Positions 1 to 9,409 of a DNA stretch of 64,000 bases are shown here, in pieces (the stretch's first letter is position 1; the number at the start of each line of letters is the position of its first letter). Below the pieces are notes generated by a model. It was not told the DNA's origin and did no database searches. It worked only from the letters and a program-made list of their open reading frames with translations. Position numbers and translations under genes: made by a program. The stretch is from Archaeoglobi archaeon JdFR-42 (lineage in GTDB: Archaea > Halobacteriota > Archaeoglobi > Archaeoglobales > JdFR-42): the NCBI GenBank assembly GCA_002010305.1, contig MTND01000009.1, positions 18,805 through 82,804 on the forward strand, in the 5' to 3' direction.

Positions 1-1
1 T

Positions 2-328
2 GGTATCCTAGACTCGGTGATGGACAGGTATGTGGATATTGCTCTGTTCATAGGGATTGGGCTAAGCGGAATAAACTGGTTGTATGTTGTAATAGCACTC
101 TCAGGTGCCTTGATGGTCAGTTATGTCCGGGCTAGATCTGAAAATGCCATCAAAAAATGCGCTGTAGGATTTGCGGAAAGAGCTGAGCGGATGATCATAC
201 TGTTTTTTGGGCTTATCACAGGATATATAGAAGTCTCTCTTATACTCATTGCTGTTTTAGCTCATGCCACTGCCATATATAGAATTCTGTACTCTCGGAG
301 AATACTCATCAAAAACTCTATAGATTAA
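2..328 (+). CDS. CDP-alcohol phosphatidyltransferase family protein, C-terminal fragment (5' end lies upstream of the window)
   Basis: The frame is open from nt 2. Translation starts GILDSVMDRYVD, the D-x3-D end of the CDP-alcohol phosphotransferase signature. Hydrophobic helices follow, and the stop is at 326-328. Confidence 0.6.
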   Translation, partial: GILDSVMDRYVDIALFIGIGLSGINWLYVVIALSGALMVSYVRARSENAIKKCAVGFAERAERMIILFFGLITGYIEVSLILIAVLAHATAIYRILYSRRILIKNSID

Positions 329-351
329 ACAGATTTTATGCTACCAACCCT

Positions 352-1167
352 TTAGCGGGATTCAAGTTCACCCACCATACACTCAAAAATTTTTGAACTG
401 ACCAGATGGTAAGACAGGTAATCTCTAAGATGAGTCATTATTTTCTTTTTTGAATAATCATCCACTTCAAAGGTCACGTCTCTATATATCACATTCTTCA
501 GGATGAGTCCATAGGGTGGTGCAGGTTCAAGATGCTCTTCATACTGCTCTGGATTCAGCATATCTTCGAACCATTCGACCTCTCGCTCTCTGTATCCTAC
601 CATTTCCAGTCCTCGAATTATGTTCCTCACCATATTCCAAGTAAATCCGTTGGCAAGAATGTCAATCATAACCAGATCAGCATCCACTCTGATATTTACA
701 CTTTTTACAGTCCTGATGTTCCTTTTTTCTCCCGCTTTTCTGGTAAAATTAGAAAAATCATGAGTGCCAACGAGGAGCTTTGCAGCTTCTCTTACCCTTG
801 GAATATTCAGATCTCTAGCATGAAGGATATAGCGATACTCTCTTGCCTCTGCATCTCCTCTGGGGTCAAACGTATCGTTCACTAAAGCTCGGGCCCATAC
901 AAATATATCATCTGGCAAGTATGAATTGATGATACGAGGGAGTACTTGTTTTGGATCTTGAACATCGAATGCAATTACCTGCCCGATGGCATGTACACCA
1001 GCATCGGTTCTGCCTGCAGTGGCAAAACGTGCTTCTCTTGGATTATCAAATAACTCCATTTTTTTAAAGGCTTTAAACAACTCTCCCTCTACTGTTCTGA
1101 CATTTTTTTGATATTGAGAGCCCTTATATCGCTCCCCTATGTATCCTACTTTGAAAGCAACTCTCAT
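352..1167 (-). CDS. truA: tRNA pseudouridine synthase A (TruA/Pus1 type)
   Basis: 271-aa ORF with the GRTDAGVHA catalytic-Asp motif and overall TruA layout. Confidence 0.9.
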   Translation of the reverse strand: MRVAFKVGYIGERYKGSQYQKNVRTVEGELFKAFKKMELFDNPREARFATAGRTDAGVHAIGQVIAFDVQDPKQVLPRIINSYLPDDIFVWARALVNDTFDPRGDAEAREYRYILHARDLNIPRVREAAKLLVGTHDFSNFTRKAGEKRNIRTVKSVNIRVDADLVMIDILANGFTWNMVRNIIRGLEMVGYREREVEWFEDMLNPEQYEEHLEPAPPYGLILKNVIYRDVTFEVDDYSKKKIMTHLRDYLSYHLVSSKIFECMVGELESR

Positions 1168-1175
1168 CGGCTACA

Positions 1176-1502
1176 TCAGCCCTTCTGCTTTTTTTTCCCA
1201 ATTATTCCATTTACAAAATCCTCTATCTCAGATATTTTAGAATTTACAATCTTTTTAACGTTGGTCTGACCTTCAGTAAATCCAATAGCAGCACCCACAA
1301 TAAATAGAAAATCAATATCATCCAGCTGATATTTCTGTTTCAATGCTTCTAGATCCTTTACTCGACTTTCCGGAAGTCGATCAATCATCTTTTCAGAAGG
1401 CAGTTCTTTTTTGTAAAATATCTGATCTTCATTTAAACTCCATTTCTCCTTCATTTCATCGAAGGCATCCCATAGAAGGCTCTTTTTATCTGCCATTTCC
1501 AT
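1176..1502 (-). CDS. hypothetical protein
   Basis: ORF 1176..1532. GGTGGT (SD-like) sits just 5' of the ATG at 1502 (MEMADKK...). No motif recognised. Confidence 0.45.
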   Translation of the reverse strand: MEMADKKSLLWDAFDEMKEKWSLNEDQIFYKKELPSEKMIDRLPESRVKDLEALKQKYQLDDIDFLFIVGAAIGFTEGQTNVKKIVNSKISEIEDFVNGIIGKKKQKG

Positions 1503-1603
1503 ACAACCACCATCAATCCATACACATGACACAATTTGTATTTTTTGGTTAACTCAATTTGCACCATATTCTCTAAGTTCGCATCATTTTCTTATTTCAC
1601 TAT

Positions 1604-1643
1604 TGTAAATCTTTGATTTACATGTTGTTAACTGTCGTTAACA
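1604..1643. promoter_or_regulatory. composite double palindrome: TGTAAATCTTTGATTTACA + TGT + TGTTAACTGTCGTTAACA
   Basis: Read directly: an 8-bp inverted repeat with a 3-nt spacer, a 3-nt gap, then a 7-bp inverted repeat with a 4-nt spacer. It lies between the purC stop (1628-1630, overlapped) and the start of gene 1176..1502. Confidence 0.6.
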
Positions 1644-2686
1644 ATACCCTGAATGATTTCGAAATACTCTTCAATGACTTCTTTAAACCCTGGAACATCA
1701 AAAAATCTGATTCCTGTTAACTCGTTGGCCATGGATTGATATATACCAGCAACTACATTTTTCACTTCTTCTTCAAGGCAAGGGGGATTCGAGCATAGAG
1801 ATCTCCAGTCTCTTAACCCTTCGACTTCCAGCTTCTTTTTAGCCCTGCACACTTCCCTATACCATTCAGTATTTCTGTAAATATTTCTGAGAATTTCCTT
1901 GCTAACATGATGGCCATTATATGTGAACCGACATTCATCAAGAGTGCCCAAAGCATCCACCACCAGCAGCTCTCTCTCAGGGGTGAAGGCCAGTTCAATC
2001 TTCCCATCCTCGTTGAACAAACCTATCTTTTCCACTTTTTTTGAAATGCAATTATTTATCTTCAAAAGAACTGTCTTTATATTCTCAATCTCACCATCGG
2101 ATAACTTTGCAAGTTCTTTTACCTCCCTCCATGTAACATACCTATCCGTATCTTCCAATTTTGTACTCACATCCAGTATCGGCGTTTCAAGTCTTTCCCC
2201 TGGCTCTGGGATCTTTTTAAGGCCGAATTCCTTTATATCCACACCTTTCTCTATCCGTTGAAAAATGGAACTCCCTGCAGGGAGACCATTTCTATAGATG
2301 AATTCAAAAGGAATGAGGAAATTCACCATTTCTGGGAAGAAGACAGAATAATCATATTCAAGCCCTCTCGATGATGATTTCACCTCTGGATGGATCACTC
2401 GCACAAGATCGATTTCCATTACGTTTACCGGGTGTGACAACTCTCCGATATGAAAGACTTCTCCATCACATACCACGCCCCTGTAGTGGGTACGGACACC
2501 TTCTTTTTCCAGCTTTTCAAAAAACATCGCAGAAGTCAGGCATAACGCTGCACCTTTGCTCGGAATCTCATCAGGCATTGCCCCCCAGTCAAATACAGAA
2601 AAACGATCTGAGAAAATGAATCTGCCCACTCCCATCTCATATTTAGTTGGTTTCCTGACGATTTCCAGATCCTTTACACTACCCAT
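1628..2686 (-). CDS. purC: phosphoribosylaminoimidazole-succinocarboxamide (SAICAR) synthase, long form
   Basis: The ORF resembles the SAICAR synthase family (MGSVKDLEIV N-terminus, FSDRFSVFDWG, LVVDALGTLDECRF). The ATG at 2686 is preceded by GGGTGTGAT. The ORF-track start at 2695 is a GTG inside that SD. Confidence 0.75.
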   Translation of the reverse strand: MGSVKDLEIVRKPTKYEMGVGRFIFSDRFSVFDWGAMPDEIPSKGAALCLTSAMFFEKLEKEGVRTHYRGVVCDGEVFHIGELSHPVNVMEIDLVRVIHPEVKSSSRGLEYDYSVFFPEMVNFLIPFEFIYRNGLPAGSSIFQRIEKGVDIKEFGLKKIPEPGERLETPILDVSTKLEDTDRYVTWREVKELAKLSDGEIENIKTVLLKINNCISKKVEKIGLFNEDGKIELAFTPERELLVVDALGTLDECRFTYNGHHVSKEILRNIYRNTEWYREVCRAKKKLEVEGLRDWRSLCSNPPCLEEEVKNVVAGIYQSMANELTGIRFFDVPGFKEVIEEYFEIIQGIVNDS

Positions 2687-2762
2687 ACATATCACACCCT
2701 ATTTTTACATTGGATACGTGTAAGCCAGAAGGTATATAATAATTAAGGACCTACCAGCAATC

Positions 2763-3050
2763 ATGGAATTCATCCGGGTTGATGGGAGTAATAATCAGCA
2801 TTCTGTAAGAATGTATGCATTAAGCACCTGTGTCTGGTGTAAAAAAACCAAGAAGCTTTTAAACGATAATGATATAACATATGAATATATAGATGTGGAC
2901 CTTCTGGATGAGATGGAACGTCAGCAGGCCACAGATGAAATGATTAAATTAGGAAGTATGGCGTTCCCCACACTCATCATTGATGGAGAGGTTATAACAG
3001 GTTTTGATCAGCAGAAAATACGAAAATCCCTTGATCTACCTAATGGATAA
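2763..3050 (+). CDS. glutaredoxin-like small redox protein
   Basis: 95 aa with a CVWC (CxxC) motif after a beta-strand and a thioredoxin-fold pattern (YALSTCVWCKKTKKLL ... FPTLIIDGE). Confidence 0.75.
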   Translation: MEFIRVDGSNNQHSVRMYALSTCVWCKKTKKLLNDNDITYEYIDVDLLDEMERQQATDEMIKLGSMAFPTLIIDGEVITGFDQQKIRKSLDLPNG

Positions 3051-3446
3051 TTTCATTCGACCGTTTCTGGTAATATACATTCTTATTGACCGTGTGAGGA
3101 CTCTGTTTCTGATAGCTCCTTCTAGCTCATTGAGGACCATGGAAACAATCTCAACGCTGGTGAGGGGGATTTTAACCTTTTTCATATCTCCTCTCTCATA
3201 TACCATTCGAGGTATGTCAAACACATCTGTGCCTGCAGGTATATCTATACTCATTACTGCACTGATCTGTTCCCAGATTTGAATGGTTTTATAGGATTTC
3301 TCAATATTCTTTCTGGCTCTTTTTTCGAGAATAGATACATTGGATTTTGTTGTCCCTAGAACAGATGCAATCTCCTCTAGGGTCATATGTCTGGCCCTCA
3401 TTTCCAAAACCTTGATCTGCAGCTCTGTTAAAAATGACTCTCCCAT
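3036..3446 (-). CDS. tfx: Tfx-family DNA-binding protein
   Basis: N-terminal FLTELQIKVLEMRARHMTLEEIASVLGTTKSNVSILEKRARKNIEK, a LuxR/sigma-70 region-4-like HTH typical of archaeal Tfx. The 3' end overlaps the convergent glutaredoxin-like gene by 15 nt. Confidence 0.75.
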   Translation of the reverse strand: MGESFLTELQIKVLEMRARHMTLEEIASVLGTTKSNVSILEKRARKNIEKSYKTIQIWEQISAVMSIDIPAGTDVFDIPRMVYERGDMKKVKIPLTSVEIVSMVLNELEGAIRNRVLTRSIRMYITRNGRMKLSIR

Positions 3447-3500
3447 CAGATGTTATTCTATATTAAAACTTAAATAGATTATCCATCTCAACCATTATGG

Positions 3501-4205
3501 ATGAAATTCAGAATAAATGGAACTAAACTCCCCAAATTTTTCCTTGGGACCAGTCCTTTCATTGGTGCTTCCCAGTTTGGAGATAAATCAAGAAAATACC
3601 GGGAATTCTGGCTGAAAAAACCTAAGAATCTCGAGAAAATATTTGAGATGGCTGGAGAAATGGATGTAGGTGTCCAGGCAATAGCCTATCCTGAAATACT
3701 TACTGCAATAAAAAATGTAGGAGTCGATTGCCTTGTGTCGGCTGGAGTTAGAGACTTTAACAGGGAAATGGAGAGGATTGGAGAGATTGACGTAAAAGGT
3801 GTACTTCTTCATGCATCTAGGGTAGACGACCGAAAAATTGCGGAAATTAAAACCTACATCGAGCTAATAACCGATATGGGCCTCATGAGCGGGATTGCAA
3901 CTCACAACCCTTCCGATACCATACCGGAAATTTTATCCCTTGAGGGTGTGGAAATTATCATGGCCCCTATAAACGAGCAGGGTATTTTTATGTACCCAAA
4001 TAGAGACTCCGTTATTGAGAGAATTTCCCTTGCAAAAAAGGCCGGAAAAATAATCATAGCCATGAAACCTCTTGGGGGAGGAAGATTACCACTAAAGGCT
4101 TTAAAATTTCCTGTTGAAAATTCTGATGGAGTTGCTGTGGGAATTGGAGAGTTCAAAGAATTTAAAGAGACCTTTGATTTTCTCTTTAAACTGGTGTCAT
4201 CATGA
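3501..4205 (+). CDS. conserved hypothetical protein (possible TIM-barrel enzyme)
   Basis: 234-aa ORF, first gene of a translationally coupled run (ATGA overlaps at 4202 and 4744). No diagnostic motif recognised. Confidence 0.5.
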   Translation: MKFRINGTKLPKFFLGTSPFIGASQFGDKSRKYREFWLKKPKNLEKIFEMAGEMDVGVQAIAYPEILTAIKNVGVDCLVSAGVRDFNREMERIGEIDVKGVLLHASRVDDRKIAEIKTYIELITDMGLMSGIATHNPSDTIPEILSLEGVEIIMAPINEQGIFMYPNRDSVIERISLAKKAGKIIIAMKPLGGGRLPLKALKFPVENSDGVAVGIGEFKEFKETFDFLFKLVSS

Positions 4206-4747
4206 AATTGATAGCTTTTGTAGGAAAACCTCTGGCTGGAAAAAGTGAAGCATCCAGAATAGCAAAAGAGATAGGTCTGACAGTGATAAACATGGGAGAT
4301 GTGGTTCGAGAGGAGGTTAAAAGACGAGGTCTGGAAATGAAAGATAAGATAGTTGGAAAAGTTGCCACAGAATTACGAGAGAGAGAAGGGAAAGACGTTA
4401 TCGCAAAAAGGTGTATAGAAAAGGTAAGACGGATTAGTGGGGAAAATGTGCTGGTCATAGACGGTATAAGGAGTATATACGAGGTTGAAAGATTTAAGAA
4501 AGAATTTGGAGAGGATTTTATTCTTATTTCCATAAAAAGCCCTCTGGAAATACGATTTGAACGTGCCAAGAGAAGACAGAGAGAAGATGACGTATCAACC
4601 ATTGAAGAATTAAAAGAGAGAGACAGAAGAGAGCTCTCATGGGGAATGGGAGAAGCCATAGCCATGGCCAATCTGGTCATAGATAATACAGGAGATATAG
4701 AAGAATTCAGAAAGAAAGTAAAATCGATTCTGGAGGAAATCATATGA
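4202..4747 (+). CDS. P-loop nucleotide kinase, UPF0200 / dephospho-CoA-kinase-like family
   Basis: Walker A GKPLAGKSE at the N-terminus. Size is 181 aa, and it pairs with the next ORF, as is typical for UPF0200/UPF0201. Confidence 0.7.
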   Translation: MKLIAFVGKPLAGKSEASRIAKEIGLTVINMGDVVREEVKRRGLEMKDKIVGKVATELREREGKDVIAKRCIEKVRRISGENVLVIDGIRSIYEVERFKKEFGEDFILISIKSPLEIRFERAKRRQREDDVSTIEELKERDRRELSWGMGEAIAMANLVIDNTGDIEEFRKKVKSILEEII

Positions 4748-5145
4748 AAGTTTCCGTAAGGGTAGAGACAAAAATTTATCCCACTGAAGAAGAAAATATA
4801 GTTATCCACGCAATAAAACAGCTTTTTCCTGAATCTACCATAAAAATAAAAAGAGATATGGTAGTCGGTGAAGTCCACGATCTCAAACATTTCAAAGAAC
4901 TTCTGAACAAACAGAAGATTCTCGATGCCGCTAGATCTGAACTCCTAAAAGGGGTTAAAAATGGACATACGGTGATATATCTTAACAAACAGACTGCTGT
5001 TATAGGAAAAGTCAATTTTACTGATGAAGATGCGTTGTTATCCCCAATCAGGCTTGAACTTAAGTCAGATGACCTTCGGACAGTAATTGACTTTCTTGCC
5101 CCTCCCACTAAAAATGGGAAGCCTCTTGTTGAGGTGGATAAGTGA
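4744..5145 (+). CDS. UPF0201-family protein (putative RNA-binding)
   Basis: VRVETKIYPTEEENIVIHAIKQLFP N-terminus, characteristic of UPF0201. Start overlaps the upstream stop (ATGA). Confidence 0.6.
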   Translation: MKVSVRVETKIYPTEEENIVIHAIKQLFPESTIKIKRDMVVGEVHDLKHFKELLNKQKILDAARSELLKGVKNGHTVIYLNKQTAVIGKVNFTDEDALLSPIRLELKSDDLRTVIDFLAPPTKNGKPLVEVDK

Positions 5146-5936
5146 AAATCGGGATTTCCTATCTTTACTGGCATCAGGATCCTGATGGGTTTAGAGCATT
5201 TCTGGAAAAAAGCAGGATCAGGCGTTGGGAAGTTGTACTGAATAGATCTAATCAGGAACATATAAGGAGACTCATATCTGAATTCTCTGAGATATTCACT
5301 CTGGATATGTCATTCCATGCCCCTTTTTCGGAGTTAAATATTGCATGCTTAACAGATGATGTTAGAAAAGATAGTCTAAAAGTGATTAAAAAAGCCATTG
5401 AGATTGCTTCAGACTTTTCCAGCAGGATTGTAATACATCCGGGACATCTTCGACCTCATGGATTCAATTTTCCAGATAAAGCATGGCTTAAAAACATAGA
5501 GTCCATCCAGATGCTGGCTGATTTCTGTCAGGATCTTGGCCTACGTATGATGCTTGAAAATATGCCTAATTACCCCCATACCATGATAAAAACCTTTCAA
5601 GAGATGGAGGGAATAATTCTTGGGACCGATAGGGACATTGGAATGGTATTTGACATAGGCCACGCACATACTGCTGGAAGTCTTCGGGGATTTATGGATA
5701 ATCTGAAAAAAATAGACCACATCCACCTCCATGACAATGATGGAAAAAAAGATACCCACCTAGCTCTCGGAGATGGAACCGTACCTTGGTACACAATATT
5801 ACCAAAATTAAAAGCATGTGAAAAAGATTTAACCTACGTGGTCGAGATGAGGAATTTTAGAGATGGGATTAAAAGTCTGGAATTTCTCAGCCAGAAGGGA
5901 TTTATAAAGTCTCCAAAAAGATGGTTATTTATATAA
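5142..5936 (+). CDS. sugar phosphate isomerase/epimerase (xylose isomerase-like TIM barrel)
   Basis: HAPF, IHPGH, LENMP, DIGHAH and HLHDNDG metal and barrel motifs. GTG start with GAGGTGGA upstream. Confidence 0.7.
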   Translation: MKIGISYLYWHQDPDGFRAFLEKSRIRRWEVVLNRSNQEHIRRLISEFSEIFTLDMSFHAPFSELNIACLTDDVRKDSLKVIKKAIEIASDFSSRIVIHPGHLRPHGFNFPDKAWLKNIESIQMLADFCQDLGLRMMLENMPNYPHTMIKTFQEMEGIILGTDRDIGMVFDIGHAHTAGSLRGFMDNLKKIDHIHLHDNDGKKDTHLALGDGTVPWYTILPKLKACEKDLTYVVEMRNFRDGIKSLEFLSQKGFIKSPKRWLFI

Positions 5937-6069
5937 AAAAGGTTTTTCAATTTCCTTAACTACTGAACAGGCTTTGAACCGTTAAATCAGATTTATCTAT
6001 AGATGAGTATCCATGACATGAAGAGAATGAAACAAATGCTGGATTCGAAAGATTCATCCAACAATCCTA

Positions 6070-7068
6070 TTACAGGATTATATTGTTCTTATATCCGCAA
6101 AAAGGACATTTTTCTGTCTTAAATAGATTTGCCACAACTTCAAATCCTCTCCGTTCGATTACCATCTCTCCACAATTAGGGCAATAGGTATTCTCATATT
6201 TATGTCCAAAAACATTCCCTAGGTAGACATATTCTACTCCTTCTTCTTTTGCAATTTCATAGGCCATTTCTAGAGTCTCTATAGGAGTTGGTGGTATATC
6301 CATCACTTTATAGTCCGGATGAAATCTAGAAAAATGAACGGGTATTCGTTTATTCAGATCTGCAACCCATCGGGTAAACTCCCTGATTTCGTCAGAGTTA
6401 TCATTTTTGGAAGGGATCACCAGATAGGTTAACTCAAGAAATATTCCTTTTTTTTCCATTAGTTTGATATTTTCGAGGACTTTTTCCAGCGAGCCGCCAC
6501 ACACCTTTCTATAAAAATTCTCCTGAAATGCTTTCACATCTACGTTGGCTGCGTTTAAAATATCTGACATGACTTTTATGGCTTCTTTCGACATGTAACC
6601 GTTAGTTACATACACCGTATACATTCCCTTTTCAATAGCTAGAGAGAAACAGTCTTCAGCATATTCATGCCAGATGCTGGGCTCATTATATGTGAGAGCA
6701 ATACCTTCACAGTTATAACGACCTACCATTTCAACAACAGTTTCTGGCGAAATGTATTTCGTAGGAAAATCCAGATTTGCAAAGGAGATGGAATAATTCT
6801 GACAGTGTTCACATCTGAAATTACAGCTAACACCTCCTAAAGAGAGTACATAAGTTCCGGGTTTAAAATTATGAAGGGGTTTCTTTTCTATCGGATCGGG
6901 ATGGATGGAAGAGACCACACCATAATTAAGGACAAATAATGTTCCATCTCTATTCTCTCTTACTCTGCATATTCCCTTTCTTCCATCTCTGATTTCACAG
7001 TAATGGGCACATGTCTGACATTTTACTCTGCCATCCTTGGACTGATACAATCTTGACTCAATTTCCAT
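6070..7068 (-). CDS. radical SAM enzyme (PflA-like / AmmeMemoRadiSam-type)
   Basis: CNFRCEHCQN radical-SAM cluster motif plus an N-terminal Cys-rich stretch (CQTCAHYC). The ATG at 7068 is preceded by GGTGA, so the longer ORF-track start at 7164 is unlikely. Confidence 0.8.
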   Translation of the reverse strand: MEIESRLYQSKDGRVKCQTCAHYCEIRDGRKGICRVRENRDGTLFVLNYGVVSSIHPDPIEKKPLHNFKPGTYVLSLGGVSCNFRCEHCQNYSISFANLDFPTKYISPETVVEMVGRYNCEGIALTYNEPSIWHEYAEDCFSLAIEKGMYTVYVTNGYMSKEAIKVMSDILNAANVDVKAFQENFYRKVCGGSLEKVLENIKLMEKKGIFLELTYLVIPSKNDNSDEIREFTRWVADLNKRIPVHFSRFHPDYKVMDIPPTPIETLEMAYEIAKEEGVEYVYLGNVFGHKYENTYCPNCGEMVIERRGFEVVANLFKTEKCPFCGYKNNIIL

Positions 7069-7248
7069 GGATCTCTCACCATCGAAGGATAAACATTTAA
7101 ACCAGATAACCTTTTTGCAGAATTTTTTACCACTCAGATATGAGATACCTGCATAAAAAATCACTTCAATCTATAACGGATGGTGCATCCTACCAGCTAA
7201 ACTTTTAAATATCAAAAAATCCATTGTTTCGAATGTTCAACTGACAAG

Positions 7249-8739
7249 GTGATTCTTATAGCAACCGAAACTGAGGCCGAGAGTCCGGAAACTGTACCGG
7301 ATATACAGGATTATGACTACATAATACTCGGCTGTGGAAGCGTTGGATTCAGAGTGATTAGAGAACTTGTTAAATCCAAGAAAAAAATTTTTGCTGTAGA
7401 CCAATCCAAGGAGAAGGTAGAGGTTCTCAGAGAGCAGAATTTTGATGCAGTAGTGGGAGATATCATAGATGAGAACATTCTTAAATCTCTTAACCTTGAT
7501 TCTGTACAGGCTGTTCTCATATTAACCCCTTCACCGGATATCAATAAAAAAGTGGTTCAGGCGATAAGGGAGCGTAACAAAGCGGTATTTATAATAACCA
7601 GAGGTAGTGACCCAAAGAGCAAGGAAGAACTCGAAGACGCTGGTGCGGATGTCGTTCTCATACCCTCGAATGTAATGGCTACCTCAGTTATCAGTTATCT
7701 GACAAGAATAGAGTCCGTTCGGCGAGCTCGACAGTTAAGTCATGTTATTGAAGATGTCCGGGAAGGTGAACTTGCTATTCTGACTCACAACAATCCTGAC
7801 CCGGATGCCATATCCAGCGCTATGACTCTTAAAGAGATTGCTGAGAGAGTGGGTGTCAACGCAGAGATTATCTATTTTGGAAACATTGGTCATCAAGAGA
7901 ACCAGGCTCTAGTGAACCTGCTGAAACTGGACATGAAGCGAGGTGAAGAGGTAGATTTGTCTTCTTTTTCCAAGATTGCTCTTGTTGACTCTTCCAGATC
8001 GGGAAACAACAACACTATCCCTTCAGACCTGGTCATCAATATCGTTATAGACCACCATCCTCCAGTAGACCAGGTAGAGGCGGAATATGTCGATATACGT
8101 TTGGATGTTGGAGCTACAGCTACTATAATGACGAAATACCTTCAGGAACTTGATATTATTCCGTCCAAAGAATTGGCAACTGCTCTATTTTTTGGAATTA
8201 AATCTGAAACTGACGAATTCAAAAGGAATACACATCCATCAGATTTTACTGCTGCAGCTTTTCTATACCCCTATGTGGATAAAGAGCTGATTGAGAAGCT
8301 GGAGACTCCTGCTATGTCTGCTGAAACCCTCGATATCCTCGGGGCTGCCATAACCAATCGACAGGTCTATGGGAGTTATCTGATATCCAACGTAGGAGTA
8401 ATCAGAAATAGGGATGCCCTCCCTCAGGCTGCTGACTATTTGCTTAAACTCGAGGGGGTCACCACCGCCATTGTTTTTGGAATTGGGAAAGAACACATTT
8501 ATATTTCTGCCAGAAACAAAGATATTCGCGTAAACATTGGTGATATCCTGAAAAGGGCCTTTGGAGATGTTGGGTCTGCTGGCGGTCATCCTCATGCTGC
8601 AGGAGCCCAGATACCTCTTGGGGTATTTGGAGACCTCTCAGACAAACAGTCTCTCATGAACCTTGTAGAGGAAGTAGTAACCAAGCGGTTTCTGGAGATT
8701 GCCGGTGTGGAAGGAGAGGAAGGGAGTCAAAAAGAGTAA
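7249..8739 (+). CDS. TrkA-N (Rossmann) domain fused to a DHH/DHHA1 phosphoesterase
   Basis: N-terminal IILGCGSVGFRV Rossmann motif. DHH motifs follow: NPDPDAISSA, DSSR, IDHHPP and GGHPHAAGAQ. The start codon (GTG at 7249) is uncertain. Confidence 0.75.
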   Translation: MILIATETEAESPETVPDIQDYDYIILGCGSVGFRVIRELVKSKKKIFAVDQSKEKVEVLREQNFDAVVGDIIDENILKSLNLDSVQAVLILTPSPDINKKVVQAIRERNKAVFIITRGSDPKSKEELEDAGADVVLIPSNVMATSVISYLTRIESVRRARQLSHVIEDVREGELAILTHNNPDPDAISSAMTLKEIAERVGVNAEIIYFGNIGHQENQALVNLLKLDMKRGEEVDLSSFSKIALVDSSRSGNNNTIPSDLVINIVIDHHPPVDQVEAEYVDIRLDVGATATIMTKYLQELDIIPSKELATALFFGIKSETDEFKRNTHPSDFTAAAFLYPYVDKELIEKLETPAMSAETLDILGAAITNRQVYGSYLISNVGVIRNRDALPQAADYLLKLEGVTTAIVFGIGKEHIYISARNKDIRVNIGDILKRAFGDVGSAGGHPHAAGAQIPLGVFGDLSDKQSLMNLVEEVVTKRFLEIAGVEGEEGSQKE

Positions 8740-8794
8740 GCGAGCAAAATTTATATAAAGCTAATTTAACACTGTTAAACAATGGTGAGTTGTA

Positions 8795-9037
8795 ATGACC
8801 GATGTGAAACCTCACAAAACTGTGGACTGTATAGGTTTATTCTGTCCCGAACCAATATTCAGAACGAGAATAGCCATGGATACACTTAAACCTGGCGAAA
8901 TACTGGAAATATGGGCAGATGACCCTGCCTCAGAGAGTGATATTCAAAGCTGGTCCAAAAGAACTGGCCATGAATTACTAAAGATTGAAAAGATAGATGG
9001 TAAATTCCGATTCCTAATCAGGAAGGTGGAAAAATGA
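8795..9037 (+). CDS. TusA/SirA-like sulfurtransferase
   Basis: 80 aa with the CIGLFCPEP (CPxP) active-site motif. Confidence 0.8.
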   Translation: MTDVKPHKTVDCIGLFCPEPIFRTRIAMDTLKPGEILEIWADDPASESDIQSWSKRTGHELLKIEKIDGKFRFLIRKVEK

Positions 9038-9399
9038 GCAAGAAGAAAATACTGTATGTGCAGACGAGTGGCGTAGATACTCCCGAGAGGCTGTATGCCC
9101 CTTTTATCCTTGCCATGACTGCGAAAAGTATGGATATGGATGCAATCATTTATTTTGTAATAAAAGGAGTTACAGTAGTTAAAAAAGGAGAGGCTGAAAA
9201 AATAAAAATTGGAGAATTCCCAACTCTTGAAGAGATTATGCAACAGGCTATTGAAAGTGGTGTTGAGTTAATGGTCTGCGATAGAAGTGCCGATTTACTG
9301 GGGATTGATAAAGGAAACATAATCGATGGAGCGAAAGTGGTAGGTGCTGCAACCCTCAATGACTTAGTTTTAGAGGCAGATGCCACGATGTTCTTCTGA
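9034..9399 (+). CDS. DsrE/DsrF-like sulfur-relay family protein
   Basis: 121 aa with a DsrE-like pattern (ILYVQTSG..., conserved Cys in ELMVCDRS). ATGA overlap with the tusA-like gene. Confidence 0.65.
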   Translation: MSKKKILYVQTSGVDTPERLYAPFILAMTAKSMDMDAIIYFVIKGVTVVKKGEAEKIKIGEFPTLEEIMQQAIESGVELMVCDRSADLLGIDKGNIIDGAKVVGAATLNDLVLEADATMFF

Positions 9400-9409
9400 A
9401 GGTGGTGAT

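Noticed and set aside
4186-4890. 234-aa ORF antisense to the UPF0200 kinase gene
   Set aside because: The composition is a low-complexity S/L/F/I-rich mirror of a K/E-rich sense gene. It has no SD, and the sense strand carries a Walker A motif. This is a typical shadow ORF.
8750-8785. TATAAAGCTAATTTAACACTGTTAAACAA upstream of the tusA-like gene, partly resembling the composite palindrome
   Set aside because: The half-sites are in the wrong relative arrangement (TTTAACA-C-TGTTAAA is an ACA/TGT-centred palindrome). The TATAAAGC part is adequately explained as the promoter TATA box 40 nt before the ATG.
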